Shown in pieces: positions 51,673 to 60,618 of a stretch of DNA of 64,000 bases (positions within the stretch are counted from its first letter, which is position 1; each line of letters begins with the position of its first letter). The notes under the pieces were generated by a model. It was not told the origin of the DNA and ran no database searches. It saw nothing but the letters and a program-made list of their open reading frames with translations. The translations under genes were made by a program, and so were the position numbers. Source of the stretch: Alphaproteobacteria bacterium UBA2966 (GTDB taxonomy: Bacteria > Pseudomonadota > Alphaproteobacteria > UBA2966); assembly GCA_002348365.1 (NCBI GenBank), contig DEBC01000130.1:15224-79223 (forward strand). The letters run 5' to 3'.

Positions 51673-53070
51673 TCAGGGTGCCGAATCGAAAGATTCGGTG
51701 GTGTAGCGCCACACGCGCAGGTCATCGGCCCAGTAGTCGGGTGTGAAACCTGCCTTGGTTTTTAGATGTTGGAGAAAGATCGGTGCCTCCGGGTAGTGTT
51801 TCCAGACTTGCGGCAGGAACGTAGCCCGCTTCTTTCCATCCTCCAATATCAGTCCGTCGATACCGGGTCGAAGCTTGGCTATCAGATCGTCTTCCGAATT
51901 GAATTTGATGGAGACCGGTATGCTCAGCACGGAAATGCTGAGGTCGACATTGTCGTATTCCTCTGAGGTCAACGGCTGGAATCGGGGATCCTTGAAGGCT
52001 GCCCGAAAAGCGTTCTGAGCGACATCGACTGCCAAAGGTTGATGCGGAACCAGAGATCCGATGCAACCCCGCAGGCGCCCCTCGCATTCCAATGTAACGA
52101 AGCTGGCACGCGGTGCGGACAACCGGGGCGGCAACAGGGTGGTCGACAAGCTGGGTTCCTTGCCCGTGGACAGGCCCGAGCGAATGGCACGGTGTGCGAT
52201 GTCGCCGAGGCGACGCCGGAACCTCTCGGACAGGCGTTGGCGATCCCCCTCTTCGACAATGAATGAACCATAACCGACCACCTTGTCACGGGGCCCTGCG
52301 GTATCGCCCGAATTCCGAAGATCCACCAGCGTGATGCGAAGGTCGCGACGCTGGGCCAGCGCCATGAGACCGCGTATCGGTCGGCCGCCGCAGGCTCCTT
52401 CCGTGGTGACCTTATCCATCTGCAGCATCTGGATCGCCCGACAGGTTGCCTCGTCCATTGAACTTGCCTTGGCGTAGTCGTGGTAGTGGCTGAGATCGGA
52501 ACTGATCACCACCAGCGTTTCCGGGCCGCCCCAAAGCGCGTCCAGTACTCGTGCGACATCCTCGGGAGCCGCGTCACCCACCACGATGGGGACCAGGTTG
52601 AAGTCGCCCAGAATCGTTTGCAGGAAGGGCAGGTGAACTTCCAGGCTGTGTTCCTGCGCGTGTGCCTCATCCATCAGACGGACCTGGGAAAATCCGGCGA
52701 TCTCTGCAATCGCTCGGGCGTCGATGGGAATCGGGCCGAGCGGCGTGACATAGGCCTCGGCGCTCGGCACGGCGAGACCGCTGAAGCCGACCCGGTGAGA
52801 GGGTCCCAGCAGGATCCCCCGATTGACCGTCCCGCGAGCTACCTCCAGGCGCGTGTATACCGAAGCGGCTACCGGACCCGAATAGACGTAACCGGCATGC
52901 GGGGCGATGACCGCCTTGGGCCAGGGCGTATCCGGATCTTCAAGATGGGTTTGGCGTGCTCCGTTCAGATAGGCATCCACCGCAGCCCGCAGTTCGCCCG
53001 GATCTTCTGGATAGAAAAACCCCGCGACGGCCGGCGCTCTGATGTGTTCGAAAGATTCCTGAGTGGCCAT
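51673..53070 (-). CDS. AmmeMemoRadiSam system fusion protein: N-terminal AmrB (MEMO1-like) plus C-terminal AmrA (AMMECR1 domain)
   Basis: N-terminal half is Memo-like (AGFFYPEDPGELRAAVDAYL...VIAPHAGYVYSGPVAASVY...GPSHRV...SSDLSHYH). C-terminal half is AMMECR1-like (ASFVTLECEGRLRGCIGSLVPHQPLAVDVAQNAFRAAFKDPRFQPL). 465 aa from ATG 53070. Confidence 0.8.
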   Translation of the reverse strand: MATQESFEHIRAPAVAGFFYPEDPGELRAAVDAYLNGARQTHLEDPDTPWPKAVIAPHAGYVYSGPVAASVYTRLEVARGTVNRGILLGPSHRVGFSGLAVPSAEAYVTPLGPIPIDARAIAEIAGFSQVRLMDEAHAQEHSLEVHLPFLQTILGDFNLVPIVVGDAAPEDVARVLDALWGGPETLVVISSDLSHYHDYAKASSMDEATCRAIQMLQMDKVTTEGACGGRPIRGLMALAQRRDLRITLVDLRNSGDTAGPRDKVVGYGSFIVEEGDRQRLSERFRRRLGDIAHRAIRSGLSTGKEPSLSTTLLPPRLSAPRASFVTLECEGRLRGCIGSLVPHQPLAVDVAQNAFRAAFKDPRFQPLTSEEYDNVDLSISVLSIPVSIKFNSEDDLIAKLRPGIDGLILEDGKKRATFLPQVWKHYPEAPIFLQHLKTKAGFTPDYWADDLRVWRYTTESFDSAP

Positions 53071-53184
53071 GGTCCCGACCCTCGCCTGCAATCACCGGAC
53101 TTCGGTGCTGTTCCCTCGTATGGGTGGGGCTATGTCACTCTAATGACTGCCCGCAAGCCTGCCAAGTATGCCTCCGAAATTTGA

Positions 53185-54282
53185 CTAAACAGTGGCAACG
53201 GGCGTCACGGGTGAGCCCACGGCGCCCGAGATTCTGAGCGGCGGCGCGGTCAGCAGGAAGCGGCTGCGGCCATTTGACCGCAACCAATCGGCAAGTTCAC
53301 TGAGGTGCCATAGCTCGGCGAGAGGGACCCCCAACCTGAACAGGCAATGTTCGTGCAACGGGAGCCAGGGACGTCGCGCCCCGGGCCCGGAGTCGTCCGG
53401 ATTGGGCAGTAGTGGATCGCACTCCACGGCGAAGTTGTCGGCAATCAGCGCAACGAGTTCGCTGTCCGTGATCCACTGCAGCAGCCGCGCATCCCAGCCG
53501 TTCAATTCAGCATAGGGATTGGGCCGAACGCGTGCGGGATCGGGCGTGCCGCCCATTTCCATCAACATGCGGCCGAAACCCGAGTGCAGCAATACCATGT
53601 CCCCCGACTCAACGACCACGTTGTCGGCTTCCATGATCATCATCAGGTCGTCATAGCCGACCTTTCGGCCCGTCGTGCTGAAATGTGCTTCCAGGTCGAT
53701 CATGACACCGCGACCCTGCACGCAGGCCACCGCAAAATTATCGATACTGAGAGCTTTTGCCTGGGCTCCTTCGTACCGGTCGTAACCGTCAATACCGGTG
53801 TCGGACGTGGGGTCTTGGAAGTGCTAATCCCCGCGATAACCGTTGTAGTAGACGATCTCGGGAACGCCGTCGCCGTCGGCATCGAACATCGAACCGACAA
53901 GCGCCAGGGAATCCCACTGAGAAGAGTATTGAGAGTAGAGAAGGACGATGTCGTCGTTCACGACATCGGTAATCTCCGAGCCTTGGGAGACCGACTCGTG
54001 GTTAAAGCAGGGTCGCCCGTCCCGATCGGGTGTAAAGATGCGCGGCGGATTTCGACGCGGATTGACCGCGTTTCCGCCCGGATAATTGAGAGGAAGACTG
54101 AGGCAGAAATTTAGTCCCTCCCGTACTTCTGCCACGCCCTCGCGGACCTTTTCCGGTGTCAGCAGGTTCAGGCGTCCGATCTGGTCATCGGGGCCGAATT
54201 CGCCCCAAGTGGAACCCTCGGGCCGATTCTTCCAGCGTTGTGCCATGACACCCTCCCTTATCTGCGACAATCTCAACGTCAC
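53185..54282 (-). pseudogene. cyclase-family (PF04199-like, arylformamidase-related) gene interrupted by in-frame TAG at 53824-53826; first gene of the amrAB operon
   Basis: ORFs 53824-54282 (...RLNLLTPEKVREGV...YSQYSSQWDSLALVG...YRGD*) and 53185-53730 are in the same frame (both end coordinates are 0 mod 3) and the sequence is continuous: ...YRGD*HFQDPTSDTGIDGYDRYEGAQAKALSIDNFAVACVQGRGVMIDLEAHF... Confidence 0.7.
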
Positions 54283-54335
54283 CTGTCAGGCGGGCCCTTC
54301 AAAAGCTGCCGCCCCGGTTTCATATATCGTCTAGA

Positions 54336-55511
54336 ATGATGCCAGCGGATGGACCAATGAGCACTGCAGCGACACCGGAAGACGTGATATCGGGCGTCGA
54401 GGGGCGTTACTGGCATGCCCTCGAAGACGGACGGGTTCAGTGTGATGTTTGCCCCAGGTTCTGCAAGCTGAAGGACGGTCAGCGGGGTCTCTGCTTTGTG
54501 CGAGCCAACGACGGCGGCCGCATCGTACTCACGACTTACGGCCGCTCCAGTGGATTCTGCGTCGATCCCATCGAAAAGAAGCCGCTCAATCAATTCCTTC
54601 CCGGTACGCCGGTTTTTTCATTTGGAACGGCGGGCTGCAATTTAACCTGCAAGTTCTGCCAGAATTGGGATATCAGCAAGTCGCGGGAGATCGATACCCT
54701 GGCCGATGCGGCGGCGCCAGAGACATTGGCGGAAGCGGCGCTGCGACTTGGCTGCCGTTCGGTTGCCTACACCTACAACGATCCAACGATATTTCTCGAG
54801 TATGCGGTGGATGTCGCCAAGGCTTGCCATGACGTGGGTGTGAAGTCGGTCGCGGTGACGGCCGGATACATCGCCCCCGAGGCGCGGGAGGAGTTCTACG
54901 CGCACATGGACGCCGCCAACCTCGATCTCAAGGCGTTCACCGAGGACTTCTATCACAAGCTCTGCACGGGAGAGCTTGCCCGGGTTCTCGATACGCTGGT
55001 CTACCTGCGCAACGAAACGGACGTCTGGTTCGAGGTCACGACGCTGCTCATCCCCGGTCAGAACGACTCGTCCGAAGAGATCTACAACATGACGCGTTGG
55101 TTCCTAGACAACCTCGGCTCGAACGTGCCGCTGCACTTCAGTGCGTTTCACCCCGACTATCGAATGCGCGATATTCCCCGCACGCCCCACGGCACACTGA
55201 TCCGGGCCCGGGATATCGCGCTGCGGAACGGCCTCCACTACGTCTATGTCGGCAACGTCCACGACGAGGCCTGCAGCTCGACCTATTGCCCGGGCTGCGG
55301 GGAGAAAGTGATCGGCCGGGACTGGTATCAGTTGACCCACTGGCATCTCGACCCTACCGGCCATTGCCGCTCTTGCGGAATCACCGTATCGGGTGTCTAT
55401 GACGGTCCGCCCGGCGATTGGGGCCGCAAGCGCAAGCCGATTCGACTGATCGATTTTGACAAGCGCCGTCGCTCCGGCTCCATGATCGGTCACAACCGCC
55501 GGCCGGCGTAG
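54336..55511 (+). CDS. AmmeMemoRadiSam system radical SAM enzyme (AmrS)
   Basis: CNLTCKFCQNW (CX3CX2C), preceded by CDVCPRFCKL; Cys-rich C-terminus (CSSTYCPGCGEK...GHCRSCG); divergent from the cyclase-amrAB operon. Confidence 0.85.
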   Translation: MMPADGPMSTAATPEDVISGVEGRYWHALEDGRVQCDVCPRFCKLKDGQRGLCFVRANDGGRIVLTTYGRSSGFCVDPIEKKPLNQFLPGTPVFSFGTAGCNLTCKFCQNWDISKSREIDTLADAAAPETLAEAALRLGCRSVAYTYNDPTIFLEYAVDVAKACHDVGVKSVAVTAGYIAPEAREEFYAHMDAANLDLKAFTEDFYHKLCTGELARVLDTLVYLRNETDVWFEVTTLLIPGQNDSSEEIYNMTRWFLDNLGSNVPLHFSAFHPDYRMRDIPRTPHGTLIRARDIALRNGLHYVYVGNVHDEACSSTYCPGCGEKVIGRDWYQLTHWHLDPTGHCRSCGITVSGVYDGPPGDWGRKRKPIRLIDFDKRRRSGSMIGHNRRPA

Positions 55512-55597
55512 CCCTTACCCGCCTCGTGGTGACCGGCGCCCTCTCCCTCAGGGAGAGGGCAAAGGGAGCATGGCGACCGTGGGTGAGGGGGTGTTCT

Positions 55598-56131
55598 CTA
55601 GTCAGAGCCTCTGGGCGGCGTCTCATCCCCCTCGCCGAGCGCGCGCTGCATGAAGACGGTGTCGACCCATTGGCCGTGTTTGAAGCCGATCGATTGCAGA
55701 GCGCCGACATGGTGGAACCCGGCACGTTCGTGAAGCTTGATCGAGGCCTCATCCTCAGTGACGCCGATGATGGCGACCATCTGGCGGAAGCCCGCCTCTG
55801 TGCACTCATCGATCAAGCGTTCCAGAAGGTTCGAGCCCAATCCTCTCCGCGCCGAATCCGCATCGACGTAGACGGAGTTCTCGACGGCATGGCGATATCC
55901 TGGCCGGACGCGATAGGGGGCTGCGTAGGCATAACCCAGGACCACGCCGTCGACCTCCGCGACCAGGTACGGGAGGCCTCGCTCCTTTACCGCCTCCAAC
56001 CGGCGCTTGAGCTCATTGACGTCGGGCGGTTCTTCCTCGAAGGAAGTCACGCCACTGAGAACGTGGTGGGCGTAGATTCTCTGGATGGCAGGAAGGTCCC
56101 GTTCCTGGGCATCGCGAACCAGTGGAGACAA
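55598..56131 (-). CDS. GNAT N-acetyltransferase (phosphinothricin acetyltransferase-like)
   Basis: ...LVRDAQERDLPAIQRIYAHHVLSGVTSFEEEPP...QMVAIIGVTEDEASIKLHERAGFHHVG. A TTG start near 56131 is more likely than the ORF-track GTG at 56185. Confidence 0.7.
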   Translation of the reverse strand: MSPLVRDAQERDLPAIQRIYAHHVLSGVTSFEEEPPDVNELKRRLEAVKERGLPYLVAEVDGVVLGYAYAAPYRVRPGYRHAVENSVYVDADSARRGLGSNLLERLIDECTEAGFRQMVAIIGVTEDEASIKLHERAGFHHVGALQSIGFKHGQWVDTVFMQRALGEGDETPPRGSD

Positions 56132-56154
56132 TCGCGCGGAGGAGGATGGCGAGG

Positions 56155-57042
56155 TCAGGCGAATTCCGCAATTTCGAGGGCACACAAGGTCTCGATCAGG
56201 CTGGTCATATGTGACTTCACCTTTTCCATGCTTGGCAGGCGGCGAATCTTCGCTTCATCCATGTAGAGCGCCCTGTTGATCTCGATCTGTAGCGCATGGA
56301 TCCCGTCGGCTGGTCGACCGTAGTGACGCGTGATGTAACCCCCGGCATAGGGCGTATTGCGGCGAACGGTGTAGCCCAGCGAAGTCAATATCTCCTCTGC
56401 CGCATCCGTCAGACTCGGGTGGCAACTTGTGCCGTAGCGGTCGCCGAGCACGATCTCAGCCCGTTCGTGCCCCGAGTCCCGGTCCATCGGACCACCCACA
56501 GACGGCATCGAATGACAATCGACGAGGACGGCATGTTTGAACTTGCGGCGGGTCGACTCCAACAGATCGGCCAGCGCCCGGTGATAGGGCAGGTAGAGCT
56601 CATTGACGCGACGCACAGCCTCGGCGAATTGCAGTTTGCCGCCGTAAATCTCGGCGCCGCTCGAAACCACTCTTGCAATGGTTCCGAGCCCTCCAGCGAC
56701 CCGGTAGGAGCGGGTATTCACATAGTCGGGGAGGTCATCCTCGAACATGGCAGGGTCCAGTTCCCAGGCCTCACGATTGACGTCGAGATAGGCCCGCGGG
56801 AAATTCGCCCGGATCAGGGGAACTCCCTGTGCCGGAGCTTCTCCGAACAGTTCGTCGACGAAGCTGTCTTCCGATTTTCTCAGGCTGTGGGCATCGAGGC
56901 GAGAGGCGGCGAGCAGGTCGTCCGGGTACTCCGAACCGCTGTGGGGTGAAGCGAACACAAGCGGTGACGACGCCGCTCTCGGTGCCAACACGTCGAACGG
57001 GGCTGGGGTTAATTCGATCGCCGCTTCAGGCACAGCCGCCAT
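56155..57042 (-). CDS. N-formylglutamate amidohydrolase family protein
   Basis: 295 aa (...LVFASPHSGSEYPDDL...VLVDCHSMPS...) resembling FGase/HutG-like zinc hydrolases. Confidence 0.75.
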   Translation of the reverse strand: MAAVPEAAIELTPAPFDVLAPRAASSPLVFASPHSGSEYPDDLLAASRLDAHSLRKSEDSFVDELFGEAPAQGVPLIRANFPRAYLDVNREAWELDPAMFEDDLPDYVNTRSYRVAGGLGTIARVVSSGAEIYGGKLQFAEAVRRVNELYLPYHRALADLLESTRRKFKHAVLVDCHSMPSVGGPMDRDSGHERAEIVLGDRYGTSCHPSLTDAAEEILTSLGYTVRRNTPYAGGYITRHYGRPADGIHALQIEINRALYMDEAKIRRLPSMEKVKSHMTSLIETLCALEIAEFA

Positions 57043-57259
57043 GACCTGACTATGTAGGCTGTGGCGCCCGAACGGGCAAGCGAAAGCACGCTTGATCTGT
57101 TGTAATTCTGCAAATGCCGATCAGGTGAATCTTTGAGCAGGTTACGAGGGTCTTGCCTTGTCGGGTCGGTCAAACTAAAACGCGACTCCTTGTCCGGCGG
57201 TCGGTAAAATCCGTATCGCCGCGCATCCGCCGGCCTTGCGACGCGGATGCCGACAAAGT

Positions 57260-57334
57260 GGGCGCGTAGCTCAGCGGGAGAGCACCTCGGTGACATCGAG
57301 GGGGTCGTAAGTTCAATCCTTACCGCGCCCACCA
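57260..57334 (+). tRNA. tRNA-Val (anticodon GAC), CCA encoded
   Basis: GGGCGCGTAGCTCAGCGGGAGAGCACCTCGGTGACATCGAGGGGGTCGTAAGTTCAATCCTTACCGCGCCCACCA. Cloverleaf with 7-bp acceptor stem, anticodon stem CCTCG/CGAGG and loop gTGACat. Confidence 0.9.
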
Positions 57335-57370
57335 TTTTCTCCATTGCGGCATTGTTGAGAGGAACCCGAC

Positions 57371-58492
57371 ATGGTTGACCTTGCTGTCGCGACTGCGGAC
57401 GGGTCCCCTGATCATTCCCTCACCATTCGCGGCCTGAAGGTTCGACCTGTCGACGTGCCCCTGGAAGACCCGGTGGTCACAGCGAGCGGTACGGTCTCCT
57501 CGGCACCGCTGGTCCTGGTCGACCTGCTGACCCGGGAAGGCATCACCGGCCGCGGGTACATCTTCACCTATTCGCCGGCCGCGCTGCTGCCCACTGCGCG
57601 GCTGGTTCAGAACATGGCTGCCATGATCGAGGGAGAGTCAGTGGCGCCGCACGATCTCGATCGGCTCCTGCAGCAGCGCTTTCGCCTGCTCGGCGCGGAG
57701 GGTCTGACGGGTATGGCGATGGCGGGCATCGACATGGCGGCGTGGGATGCGCTGGCGCAAGCGCGGAACATGCCGCTCGCGGAGTTGCTGGGTGGTGCCT
57801 GCAAGCCGACCCCGTCCTACTACAGCGCAGGCATGATTGATGAGCCCGAGGCCGAACGTCTCATCGAGAAGTCACTTGGCATGGGATTCCGGGCCTTCAA
57901 GGTCAAGGTCGGCTATCCCAGCGTGGAAGCGGATCGCCGTATCATCCGCTTCATACGACGGCTGGTGGGGGACGAGTTTGAGCTCATGATCGATTTCAAT
58001 CAGAGCCTGGACGCACCCGAAGCCGAATCCCGCACCCGGGCACTCGCGTCGGAGAACCTGACCTGGATCGAGGAACCGCTGCTTCACCATGACTTCGCCG
58101 GACACAGCGCCGTGCGCCGAAAGGTCAAGACGCCAATTCAGATCGGAGAGAACTGGTGGGGCATACCCGATATGACCAAGAGCCTTGCGGCAGGTGCTTC
58201 CGATCTCTGCATGCCCGATGCGATGAAGATCGGTGGTGTCACGGGCTGGATGAAGGCGGCGGCGCTGGCAGGCGCCCACGGCATGCCCATGTCTTCACAT
58301 CTGTTCGTCGAGGTTAGCGCTCATCTGTTGGCTGTAACACCGACAGCGCATTGGCATGAATACCTTGATTTGGCCAAGCCCGTCCTTCAGCGCCCTCTGG
58401 AGATCCGCGATGGCGATGCCATTCCCTCGGATGAACCGGGTACCGGGGTCGATTGGGACGAGGATTCCGTGGGGCGCTATCTGGTCGACTGA
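57371..58492 (+). CDS. mandelate racemase / muconate lactonizing enzyme (enolase superfamily) protein
   Basis: 373 aa; capping domain plus TIM-barrel with metal ligands (KVKVG...DFNQS...EEP...). Confidence 0.8.
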   Translation: MVDLAVATADGSPDHSLTIRGLKVRPVDVPLEDPVVTASGTVSSAPLVLVDLLTREGITGRGYIFTYSPAALLPTARLVQNMAAMIEGESVAPHDLDRLLQQRFRLLGAEGLTGMAMAGIDMAAWDALAQARNMPLAELLGGACKPTPSYYSAGMIDEPEAERLIEKSLGMGFRAFKVKVGYPSVEADRRIIRFIRRLVGDEFELMIDFNQSLDAPEAESRTRALASENLTWIEEPLLHHDFAGHSAVRRKVKTPIQIGENWWGIPDMTKSLAAGASDLCMPDAMKIGGVTGWMKAAALAGAHGMPMSSHLFVEVSAHLLAVTPTAHWHEYLDLAKPVLQRPLEIRDGDAIPSDEPGTGVDWDEDSVGRYLVD

Positions 58493-58878
58493 TTCGGAGC
58501 GGCGTTACGCATTAACGCTGCTCGGGCGGTTACCCGGAAGCAGATTGAACACGCTCCGGCGGGCGAACGCCGGGGGTGTCACCCGCCTTTGACGGGAATC
58601 CAACCCATAGAATCCCTTAATCTTAAACGGTTGCCACAGTTTTCCGTGAGGGCTTCTAGAATCCGTCCCGGAGTCAGGCTGCTCCCACAACGATGCAGGA
58701 TGGAGAGGCCGGGACTTCAACAGATCCCGTCAGTTACAAATTCATACAACTCACTACGCTGCAGACAAACTTCTCGAACATCGAATCGCTTAAATCGTAC
58801 GTGGTTGGTTTGGTAACCCGGATGGGGCGCACATTTGATCCGGGAGCTTTTGTCAGAGATTGGTGGTGAAGGGAGTTT

Positions 58879-59223
58879 GTGGACATGGGACGGGAAAGGA
58901 CGATCAACAGGACGGTATCGCAGTACATTGGAGTGTTGATCTTGGGTGCCATCGTGGGAACGGTCATGGCCATTGTGGGATCTGTCACGGCCATCGCGAC
59001 GGCCAATGCACATGTAGCGATTTATGCGACGTCCATTCCGGCGACGTATGAGGCCGCGCGTCTTGACGTCGTGGCGGTCATGGAGCCGTCGAACTGGTGG
59101 GATGATTTCGAGCTGGCTCTGCCGAATCTCGAGCTGCGCCCGGAGGATCCAAATCTGATGAATTCTCCGGTCATCGAATTGAGCAACGGCATGGAAATGG
59201 TCGGCACAAACGTCGCTGAATAG
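58879..59223 (+). CDS. hypothetical small membrane protein P1 (glycine-zipper-like TM plus W-x-D-D-F-ELALP motif)
   Basis: 114 aa, MDMGRERTINRTVSQYIGVLILGAIVGTVMAIVGSVTAIATANAHVAIYATSIPATYEAARLDVVAVMEPSNWWDDFELALPNLELRPEDP... AAGGGAG Shine-Dalgarno 9 nt upstream; lies in a lower-GC patch. Confidence 0.5.
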   Translation: MDMGRERTINRTVSQYIGVLILGAIVGTVMAIVGSVTAIATANAHVAIYATSIPATYEAARLDVVAVMEPSNWWDDFELALPNLELRPEDPNLMNSPVIELSNGMEMVGTNVAE

Positions 59224-59570
59224 ATCGGCTCATCACGACGGTCAAAGTGCCCGCCGCCGGCCGAAGTGGTGCACACGGACGGAACTCAACAGTCTTCCTA
59301 TGAGTTCTTATAGGTTAGGCACTCCTACCGCATGTAGCAGGGATTTCCTGACGCTCTACAATATGATGTGGATCTGGCCGATCGCTCTCGTGGATTTGAG
59401 CGCCAGAAACAAATCGTTACATGTCGAAACCCGCCAGAAATCCGTAACGTCGTACGGTTAGTCAGCTCAGACTCATGTGATGGGGTGCCTCCCACAGCCA
59501 TATGGGGGACCGCTCGCCTGCAACGGCGAATGTGTTCGGTGAGGGAGAGAGCTGAGGACAGGAGGGGAAG

Positions 59571-59843
59571 ATGCGTCACCCGTTATTCGGATATGCGATC
59601 GCGGTTGCAATCGGCGCCGCTGTGGGTACGGGCGCTGCCGTACTGGGGCCGAACCCAGTCAAAACCTGTGTGGTCAACCCGGTTGCTGCGTCTGAGGCCG
59701 ATCCGGTGGCTCACTGGCAGGACGAGTTGGAACTCGCTCTGCCCGATGACCTGCCGGCAACACAGAAGCATGCCACGCTTGCCGGCTCGGGTGCTGACGA
59801 TTTTCTGGGCCTGGAATTGGCAGGCGACTCCAAGGGTCACTAA
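59571..59843 (+). CDS. hypothetical small membrane protein P2, paralog of P1
   Basis: 90 aa, MRHPLFGYAIAVAIGAAVGTGAAVLGPNPVKTCVVNPVAASEADPVAHWQDELELALPDDLPATQKHATLAGSGADDFLGLELAGDSKGH. AGGAGG Shine-Dalgarno upstream; shares the glycine-zipper segment and the HWQDELELALP motif with P1. Confidence 0.5.
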   Translation: MRHPLFGYAIAVAIGAAVGTGAAVLGPNPVKTCVVNPVAASEADPVAHWQDELELALPDDLPATQKHATLAGSGADDFLGLELAGDSKGH

Positions 59844-59910
59844 GCAAGCTGCAGTGGCGAGGTGCGCTACCGCGGCGCCTCGCTGCGCGCCGAAGGCGAT
59901 CGTTCTGCCA

Positions 59911-60618
59911 TCATCTCAGCGAGACTGCGTTTGGCTTGTCCCTCGGTATCGAATTTTCGTCTGCCAGCCATGCTGCCAGATGGCTTTTCACTTCGGGCCA
60001 TTCATCGTCGAGGATCGAATGCCAGGGGGTATCCCGGCTCATGCCTTTAACGATCATGTGGTTGAAAAAGATGCCCTGGAACCGGAAGCCGAGGCGTCGA
60101 GCGGCCGCCCGGGATTTGGCATTCAGGGAATTGCACTGCCATTGCATGCGCCGGTAGCCGAGGTCGGTCATGGCATGATCGAGCAGAAGGTAAAGGGCTT
60201 CTGTGCCGCCCCGGGTTCTTTGCAGCGATGGCCCAAACCAGATGTAGCCGATCTCAATCACGCCAGCCTTGGGGTGAATGTCGAGATAGCTCGCCATGCC
60301 GCAGGCGAGCCCCGTTTCCTCGGAGCGAATTGCATAGGTCACCCGTTCGAACATGGCCGCGTTGTTCTCCAGCTATGTCTTGAATGAGTCGACGTCCGCC
60401 CATGGCCCGTCTGGCAGAAAATCCCAGATCCCGCGTGCCTTATCGGACCCGTGGGAGGAGTGGTACAGCTCATCGGCGTGAACCGGCGGATTGAGCGGTT
60501 CCAGTCGGACGTGCCGGCCTTCAACAGGTGTGCGAGCCGAAATGAGGCCGCTTGGCGGGGTCTCGACGGTAGCCCCCGACAACGGTCGGGGAAAGGGAAC
60601 TTCCTGATCTGGTTTCAT
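59911..60618 (-). pseudogene. RimJ/RimL-like GNAT acetyltransferase interrupted by in-frame TAG at 60373-60375
   Basis: ORFs 60373-60618 (...GRHVRLEPLNPPVHADELY...WADVDSFKT*) and 59911-60354 (MFERVTYAIRSEETGLACGMASYLDIHPKAGVIEIGYIWF...RRLGFRFQGI...) are in one frame, continuous as ...DSFKT*LENNAAMFERV... Confidence 0.7.

Noticed and set aside
58493-59910. Lower-GC patch next to tRNA-Val as a genomic island or prophage remnant
   Set aside because: I found no integrase, no direct repeat of the tRNA 3' end and no mobility genes. It is reported only as a compositionally distinct patch holding two small paralogous ORFs.
9214-60618. Genome-wide reassignment of UAG/UGA to sense codons
   Set aside because: TAG terminates mcm, meaB, rpmB, the YhhQ-like gene and cobS at the positions expected from homology, TGA terminates several others, and prfA is intact. 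The four internal stops are therefore treated as gene disruptions or possible sequencing errors.
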